Source: a virus
Reading direction: 5' to 3' (one strand)
Length of the DNA stretch: 42,305 nucleotides
Virus genome (UHGV): UHGV-0118819
Under the pieces are notes generated by a model. That model was given only the letters and a program-made list of their open reading frames with translations. It was not told where the DNA came from and ran no database searches. The position numbers and the translations under genes were made by a program. Positions 37,320 through 42,305 of the stretch are shown here, piece after piece (position 1 is the first letter of the stretch; the number at the start of each line of letters is the position of its first letter).

Positions 37320-37362
37320 CGCTCTTTAACAGTCATGGTCATCATTCCCGCCGAAATGCGGG
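37320..37362 (+). promoter_or_regulatory. nutR (boxA + boxB)
   Basis: CGCTCTTTAACA then CCCGC-CGAAAT-GCGGG hairpin, 7 nt after cro stop. Confidence 0.7.
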
Positions 37363-37370
37363 AATACAAC

Positions 37371-37388
37371 GCGCATAAGTTGATGCGC
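37371..37388 (+). terminator. tR1-like hairpin
   Basis: GCGCAT-AAGTTG-ATGCGC followed by a weak T-rich tail. Confidence 0.35.
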
Positions 37389-37421
37389 ATAACTTCTTAT
37401 TTGTTAAGGAAATACTTACAT

Positions 37422-37700
37422 ATGCAACTTACAAGTACTCGCAAGAAAGCGAATGCAATTACAAGCAACATCCTGAATCGAATTGCTGTACGTGGTCAGC
37501 GAAAGGTTGCCGACGCGTTAGGGATTAATGAATCGCAAATTTCGCGATGGAAAGACAGCTTCATCCCCAAAATGGGAATGCTTCTGGCTGTTCTTGAATG
37601 GGGTGTTGAAGACGAGGAGTTGGCGGAACTGGCTAAGAAAGTAGCCAGAATGCTGACAAAAGAAAAAGCCCCGAAGAACGGCGAATTCTTCGAGGCCTGA
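37422..37700 (+). CDS. cII: CII-like transcriptional activator
   Basis: 92 aa from ATG 37422 (AAGGA RBS); core ESQISRWKDSFIPKMGMLLAVLEWGVEDEELAELAKKVARMLT close to recalled lambda CII. Confidence 0.8.
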   Translation: MQLTSTRKKANAITSNILNRIAVRGQRKVADALGINESQISRWKDSFIPKMGMLLAVLEWGVEDEELAELAKKVARMLTKEKAPKNGEFFEA

Positions 37701-37734
37701 TGTAGAAAGACTGGATCAATCCACAGGAGTCATT

Positions 37735-37896
37735 ATGACAAAACGTCGTAAGAAATACCAGGAAAAAGAAGAGATTCGACACCCTGATTCACCTGAGGGA
37801 TTAGTGGTAGCCGCAGCAAATAACAGGGCGTTCGCAGAGCGCCTTGTTGGTGTTTACAGACTAGCCAAAGCAGGAGTGAAACATGGGCGTCGTTAA
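37735..37896 (+). CDS. small basic ORF (53 aa) between cII and O
   Basis: Own translation MTKRRKKYQEKEEIRHPDSPEGLVVAAANNRAFAERLVGVYRLAKAGVKHGRR; AGGAG RBS; below ORF-track threshold. Confidence 0.35.
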   Translation: MTKRRKKYQEKEEIRHPDSPEGLVVAAANNRAFAERLVGVYRLAKAGVKHGRR

Positions 37897-37945
37897 GTTA
37901 GCTGATTACAGGCATAACCCTGTACAACATCAGGAGGCATCCAGT

Positions 37946-38773
37946 ATGGGGTATGTCTCTATACACCGCCAGTTTATGGACAGCAGGCTCTATAAGGACT
38001 CTCAGGCAGTACATCTTTGGCTTCACTTAATCCTCAAGGCTAATCACGAATCTACTGTCGTCAATACGGATATCGGTCCGATAACTGTTGATCGCGGTCA
38101 GATGATAACTGGACGCCCGTCGCTGGTCAGAGAAACATTCATCCCCGACAACAAAGTTCGGAGCTTATTACGGACTTTTGAGTCGAAAGGGATGCTTAAT
38201 ATTTGCTCGATGGGGAAGAAATTTAGCCTGTTTACAATCGTTAAATATGACGATTTTCAGGCAAAAAATTGTCCAACGGTTGTCCAACGGTTGTCCAACG
38301 CAAACACCAGTAATGGCGCTGCTCTCAGCGGAGATTGTCCAACGGTTGTCCAACGATTGTCCATAAACAATAATATAAATAATATCTCTAATACTGACGT
38401 ATTAGAGAGTGCCACAGCAGACAAAAAGTCTGACAAGAAAAAACCTTCCGTCAGCTGTCAGGATGTTGTCGATGCTTACCACGAAATCCTTCCTGAAGCG
38501 CCAAGAATCCGCGCACTGAATGACAAGCGTAAAAACCAGATCCGAACGTTCTGGCGCAAAGCCGGAGTGATAACCCGCCAGCTTGACGGGCATGGGTTCA
38601 CGATGCAGGACTGGAGAAATTATTTGAGCTACGTAGGCGAAAATTGCCGATGGATGTTCGAAGAACGCCCAAACCATCAACGCGGAACCGTCTGGCACAA
38701 AAAGGGATTTGATTTCCTGCTTAACGACAATACCTACCTGAAAGTTCGTGAGGGTGAACACGATGACCGATAA
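37946..38773 (+). CDS. replication initiator (O-like) containing origin iterons
   Basis: ATG 37946 with AGGAGG RBS (ORF-track start 37883); iteron DNA translated as NCPTVVQRLSN...DCPTVVQRLSINNN. Confidence 0.7.
   Translation: MGYVSIHRQFMDSRLYKDSQAVHLWLHLILKANHESTVVNTDIGPITVDRGQMITGRPSLVRETFIPDNKVRSLLRTFESKGMLNICSMGKKFSLFTIVKYDDFQAKNCPTVVQRLSNANTSNGAALSGDCPTVVQRLSINNNINNISNTDVLESATADKKSDKKKPSVSCQDVVDAYHEILPEAPRIRALNDKRKNQIRTFWRKAGVITRQLDGHGFTMQDWRNYLSYVGENCRWMFEERPNHQRGTVWHKKGFDFLLNDNTYLKVREGEHDDR
38269..38410. repeat. origin of replication: six 11-bp iterons (TTGTCCAACGG) in two clusters plus AT-rich region
   Basis: Iterons at 38269-38301 and 38335-38367 followed by AATAATATAAATAATATCTCTAATA. 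Confidence 0.65.
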
Positions 38774-40199
38774 TTTTTATGCGCCGCCCCATAGCATCGA
38801 GGCAGAGCAGGCGGTGATTGGTGGATTGCTTCTGGATGATGACAGCAGTGAGCGCGTCCAGAAAGTTCTGGCGATGCTGAAGCCTGATTCATTTTACAGT
38901 CGACCACACAAAATCCTTTTCGAAGAAATAACCAGAATGCACCGTGAGCAAAAGCCAGTAGATGGCCTGACGCTTTTCGATGAACTGGAGCGTAAATCGT
39001 TAACGGCGTCTGTTGGCGGTTTTGCTTATATCGCTGAGATCGCAAAGAACACGCCAAGCGCAGCAAACATCGTTGCCTATGCAATGCAGGTTCGTGAAAC
39101 CGCAATGGAACGCTACGCCATCAACCGCATGACTGAAGCGACGGAATTGCTCTATTCCCGCAACGGAATGACTGCAACGCAGAAGTACGAAGCTATTCAG
39201 GCGATTTTCACGCAACTGACAGACCATGCAAAAACCGGATCGCGTCGCGGCCTTCGCTCATTTGGTGAGGTCATGGAAGACTGGGTTAGCGACCTTGAGA
39301 AGCGATTTGACCCGTCAGGCGAACAACGAGGAATGAGCACAGGGATCCCATCGCTGGACAGGATGCTGTCACCGAAAGGTCTGGTGAAAGGCTCTCTGTT
39401 TGTCATTGGCGCTCGCCCTAAGATGGGGAAAACGACGCTATACAGCCAGATGGCAATCAACTGCGCAGTGCATGAGAAAAAGCCCGCTCTGATGTTCAGC
39501 CTTGAAATGCCAGGTGATCAGATACTGGAAAAACTGGTAGGACAGAAGTCAGGTGTTAACCCGAATATTTTTTACCTTCCGGCGACAAATGACGCTGATG
39601 ACGGCTATCAGGGTGATTACGATGGTGACTTCAATAGGGCGATCGAAACAGCCAATCGCTTGAGTGAAATCGACCTGCTTTACATCGACGACACGCCGGG
39701 ATTATCTCTGGCTCAAATCGTCAGCGAAAGCCGTCGAATCAAGCGAGAAAAAGGATGTGTTGGGATGATTCTGGTCGATTACCTGACACTAATGGCCGCT
39801 GAGAAGGCCGATCGTAACGACCTTGCTTACGGCATGATCACCAAAGGACTGAAGAACCTTGCCAAAGAGCTTGATTGCGTTGTTGTGCTTCTGACGCAGC
39901 TTAACCGCGCACTGGAAAGCCGAACCAATAAACGCCCATTACCAAGTGACTCACGAGATACAGGGCAGATTGAACAGGATTGCGATTATTGGGTTGGGAT
40001 CCATCGTGAAGGTGCTTTTGATGACAGTGTTCCACCTGGTGAAACCGAACTAATCCTTCGTCTCAATCGTCATGGCAATACCGGTACGGTGTATTGCATT
40101 CAGGCAAATGGCGCTATTTATGACACAGACCAACAGTCTGCTGAAATTCGCCGCCGTGAACGCGAGGAACCGCAGTCCAAGAAGAAAGGAGGATTCTGA
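38763..40199 (+). CDS. replicative DNA helicase (DnaB-like)
   Basis: 478 aa from ATG 38763; Walker A GARPKMGKTT; DnaB-like N-terminal IEAEQAVIGGLLLD. Confidence 0.9.
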   Translation: MTDNFYAPPHSIEAEQAVIGGLLLDDDSSERVQKVLAMLKPDSFYSRPHKILFEEITRMHREQKPVDGLTLFDELERKSLTASVGGFAYIAEIAKNTPSAANIVAYAMQVRETAMERYAINRMTEATELLYSRNGMTATQKYEAIQAIFTQLTDHAKTGSRRGLRSFGEVMEDWVSDLEKRFDPSGEQRGMSTGIPSLDRMLSPKGLVKGSLFVIGARPKMGKTTLYSQMAINCAVHEKKPALMFSLEMPGDQILEKLVGQKSGVNPNIFYLPATNDADDGYQGDYDGDFNRAIETANRLSEIDLLYIDDTPGLSLAQIVSESRRIKREKGCVGMILVDYLTLMAAEKADRNDLAYGMITKGLKNLAKELDCVVVLLTQLNRALESRTNKRPLPSDSRDTGQIEQDCDYWVGIHREGAFDDSVPPGETELILRLNRHGNTGTVYCIQANGAIYDTDQQSAEIRRREREEPQSKKKGGF

Positions 40200-40227
40200 T
40201 GACCATCTACATCACTGAGCTAATAAC

Positions 40228-40257
40228 AGGCCTGCTGGTAATCGCAGGCCTTTTTAT
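40228..40257 (+). terminator. intrinsic terminator after helicase gene
   Basis: AGGCCTGC-(8 nt loop)-GCAGGCCT followed by TTTTTATTT. Confidence 0.7.
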
Positions 40258-40274
40258 TTGGTGGAGGGTAAATC

Positions 40275-40481
40275 GTGGCTGAGTTAATTTTCTCTGCATT
40301 GAGGCTTCTCGGTGCTATGTGGATGGTGGCGACGTTCATTGTGGTTGTCGGAAGTTTTGTCCGGTTGATAGGCGAAGGTAAAGACCTGGTGGGTGTGCTG
40401 TTCGGTAGCATTCTCCTGTGGGTGATTATCGGTGTTATGCCTGTCGCTGTAGCAAAAATGGCGTGGCGTTTTGTGAGTTGA
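40275..40481 (+). CDS. small two-pass membrane protein (68 aa)
   Basis: GTG start with GGAGGG RBS just after the terminator; two hydrophobic segments. Confidence 0.55.
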   Translation: MAELIFSALRLLGAMWMVATFIVVVGSFVRLIGEGKDLVGVLFGSILLWVIIGVMPVAVAKMAWRFVS

Positions 40482-40498
40482 ACTGAGGGTAAGTATCG

Positions 40499-40765
40499 AT
40501 GGACGAATCAAGAAAGCAGTTTGAAGAATGGTTTGAAAATTACACCGGATGTGATCCTAAAAATAAAATATACGCCAATATGGTTGAGATGTATTGGCAA
40601 GCGTGGCAGGCATCGCGAGCAGCTATCGAGATTGAGTGTTCTGGAGAAAGAGAGCGTGAGGCATTTTCTACCGATTTCGAGGATGGGGTTACATTTGGTT
40701 ATAACAACGCAATTAGTGAATGCGAAGGACGGATTCGCGCTGCTGGAGTCAAAGTGAAGGAGTGA
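40499..40765 (+). CDS. hypothetical nin-region protein (88 aa)
   Basis: ORF in nin region. Confidence 0.6.
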   Translation: MDESRKQFEEWFENYTGCDPKNKIYANMVEMYWQAWQASRAAIEIECSGEREREAFSTDFEDGVTFGYNNAISECEGRIRAAGVKVKE

Positions 40766-40769
40766 GTAT

Positions 40770-41024
40770 ATGCCATTTATAAAATTAACCATGCAATGCA
40801 GCATCTATCAGCCACCAAGCACAGGCGTGATAGAAAGCACCAGAAGTGCATATGAGCCCTTGTACGTTAACTCTGACAACATCGAAACCCTATTTGATGC
40901 CGGATTTACGATTGTAAGAATGGCAAGTGGTGAGCGGTTCGATGTTATTGAGAAACCAGAAGCTATTTTGGCGTTAATTAATCCATGCGTGCAGAAGGTG
41001 AGCCATGAGGAAACTAACGTTTGA
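40770..41024 (+). CDS. hypothetical nin-region protein (84 aa)
   Basis: ORF in nin region. Confidence 0.6.
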   Translation: MPFIKLTMQCSIYQPPSTGVIESTRSAYEPLYVNSDNIETLFDAGFTIVRMASGERFDVIEKPEAILALINPCVQKVSHEETNV

Positions 41025-41445
41025 ACTAAGAAGCCCCATTCATCAGCAGAACGCCATTCAAGCTATCCAGCAAATCCTTCCAGACCCAACCACACCAATC
41101 GTAGTAACCATTCAGGAACGCAACCGCAGCTTAGACCAAAACAGGAAGCTATGGGCCTGCTTAGGTGACGTCTCTCGTCAGGTTGAATGGCATGGTCGCT
41201 GGCTGGATGCAGAAAGCTGGAAGTGTGTGTTTACCGCAGCATTAAAGCAGCAGGATGTTGTTCCTAACCTTGCCGGGAATGGCTTTGTGGTAATAGGCCA
41301 GTCAACCAGCAGGATGCGTGTAGGCGAATTTGCGGAGCTATTAGAGCTTATACAGGCATTCGGTACAGAGCGTGGCGTTAAGTGGTCAGACGAAGCGAGA
41401 CTGGCTCTGGAGTGGAAAGCGAGATGGGGAGGTCGGGCTGCATGA
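41005..41445 (+). CDS. ninB: NinB (Orf) recombination mediator
   Basis: 146 aa MRKLTFELRSPIHQQNAIQAIQQILPDPTTPIVVTIQERNRSLDQNRKLWACLGDVSRQVEWHGRWLD... nearly identical to recalled lambda NinB. Confidence 0.9.
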   Translation: MRKLTFELRSPIHQQNAIQAIQQILPDPTTPIVVTIQERNRSLDQNRKLWACLGDVSRQVEWHGRWLDAESWKCVFTAALKQQDVVPNLAGNGFVVIGQSTSRMRVGEFAELLELIQAFGTERGVKWSDEARLALEWKARWGGRAA

Positions 41446-42287
41446 TAAATGTCGTTAGTTTCTCCGGTGGCAGGACGTCAGCATATTTGCTCTGGCTAAT
41501 GGAGCAAAAGCGACAGGCTGGTGAAGACGTGCATTACGTTTTCATGGATACAGGGGCAGAGCACCCTAAAACATATGAGTTCATCCGAAATATCGTCAGT
41601 AACTGGAAAATAGACTTACATTGCCTTCGTGTAATACCTAATCCAGAAATGGGGAAGGCCAGTAGTTATGAAGAGATAGGTGTCACTGATATTGGTCCAG
41701 ATCTTATACCGTGGAAAAGGATGTTGAATAAATACGGACATCCATATATCGGCGGTGCGTTCTGTACCGACAGAATGAAGTCTGTTCCATTCACCAAATA
41801 TTGTCAGGAAAAGTTTGGGAAAGGAAATTACATCACATGGCTTGGCATTCGCACAGATGAACCAAACAGGCTTAAAAGGGCTAATGGTTTTCGGTACCTG
41901 GCTGATATAAGCGATTTTGAAAAACAGGATGTGCTTGATTGGTGGAGTGGGCAGAAGTTTGATCTTGGCATACAGGAGCATCTTGGTAATTGTGTTTTCT
42001 GTATAAAAAAAAGTATGCAAAAGGTTGCGCTGGCAGCCATGGATGAACCAGAACTTGCAGATGCATTTATCAACATCCTTGATACAGAAATAAAAACAGG
42101 AAAGGAACCGGTTATGTATCGAGGGAATAATACACTTAAATCACTGATTGCCTTGTTTAGTGATATATCAAGAGATGAGTTAGCCTCAAGAATGACATCA
42201 ATGCGACAGTATGATTCAGGTTCGTGTTCTGAATCATGTGAAGCATTTTCATGTCAGCTTGGATTTTATTTTGAGGATGCGGCATGA
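41442..42287 (+). CDS. ninC: NinC-like protein, PAPS-reductase/PP-loop family
   Basis: 281 aa from ATG 41442 (ATGA overlap with ninB); MINVVSFSGGRTSAY PP-loop (SGG) motif. Confidence 0.85.
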   Translation: MINVVSFSGGRTSAYLLWLMEQKRQAGEDVHYVFMDTGAEHPKTYEFIRNIVSNWKIDLHCLRVIPNPEMGKASSYEEIGVTDIGPDLIPWKRMLNKYGHPYIGGAFCTDRMKSVPFTKYCQEKFGKGNYITWLGIRTDEPNRLKRANGFRYLADISDFEKQDVLDWWSGQKFDLGIQEHLGNCVFCIKKSMQKVALAAMDEPELADAFINILDTEIKTGKEPVMYRGNNTLKSLIALFSDISRDELASRMTSMRQYDSGSCSESCEAFSCQLGFYFEDAA

Positions 42288-42305
42288 GACGACAGCGACG
42301 AAGTA
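42284..42305 (+). CDS. ninE: NinE-like protein, N-terminal 7 codons (continues at position 1)
   Basis: ATG 42284 overlapping ninC stop; MRRQRRS then in-frame continuation across the window junction. Confidence 0.6.

Noticed and set aside
1-42305. CRISPR arrays, IS elements, rRNA
   Set aside because: No spacer-repeat periodicity, terminal inverted repeats with transposase, or rRNA-like sequence noticed on reading

Overview
The window is a complete, circularly permuted temperate lambdoid phage genome of about 42.3 kb: a ninE-like gene starts at 42284 and continues in frame across the window end into positions 1-155. All calls below come from reading the six-frame translations and the DNA by eye; no searches or computations were run, and family names are recalled from memory. 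Layout on the + strand: nin region (NinE, NinF, YbcO-like, RusA, NinH), Q antiterminator, two tRNA genes, a lambda-type lysis cassette (S holin with dual start, R endolysin, Rz with embedded Rz1), Rha-like regulator, terminase small and large subunits, portal, head morphogenesis protein, scaffold/protease-like, major capsid, then a Mu-like contractile tail module (sheath, tube, chaperone with a -1 frameshift site, tape measure, baseplate hub/V/W/J/I, tail fibre with tandem repeats, tail fibre assembly protein, truncated DNA-invertase remnant). An attP core that is the 3' part of a tRNA-Thr (thrW-like) sits next to a P22-like integrase and xis on the - strand, followed by the leftward early operon (Ea-like genes, RecT, Kil-like, cIII, N with arginine-rich motif, nutL, pL/OL). 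The immunity region has cI, divergent cro and cII, 17-bp operators and nutR, then an O-like initiator carrying origin iterons, a DnaB-like helicase, and NinB/NinC. Several accessory (moron-like) loci stand out as candidates for an undescribed system: (1) an autonomous two-gene cassette with its own palindrome, RBS and terminator inside the baseplate module (21140-22322), whose second gene looks YafO-toxin-like; (2) a small multi-pass membrane protein translationally coupled to cI in the lambda rex slot (35910-36299); (3) an AT-rich 156-aa gene in the N-cIII interval followed by a hairpin and terminator; (4) a secreted small protein coupled to the baseplate hub gene; (5) an island between the lysis cassette and terminase; (6) a small membrane protein after the dnaB terminator.
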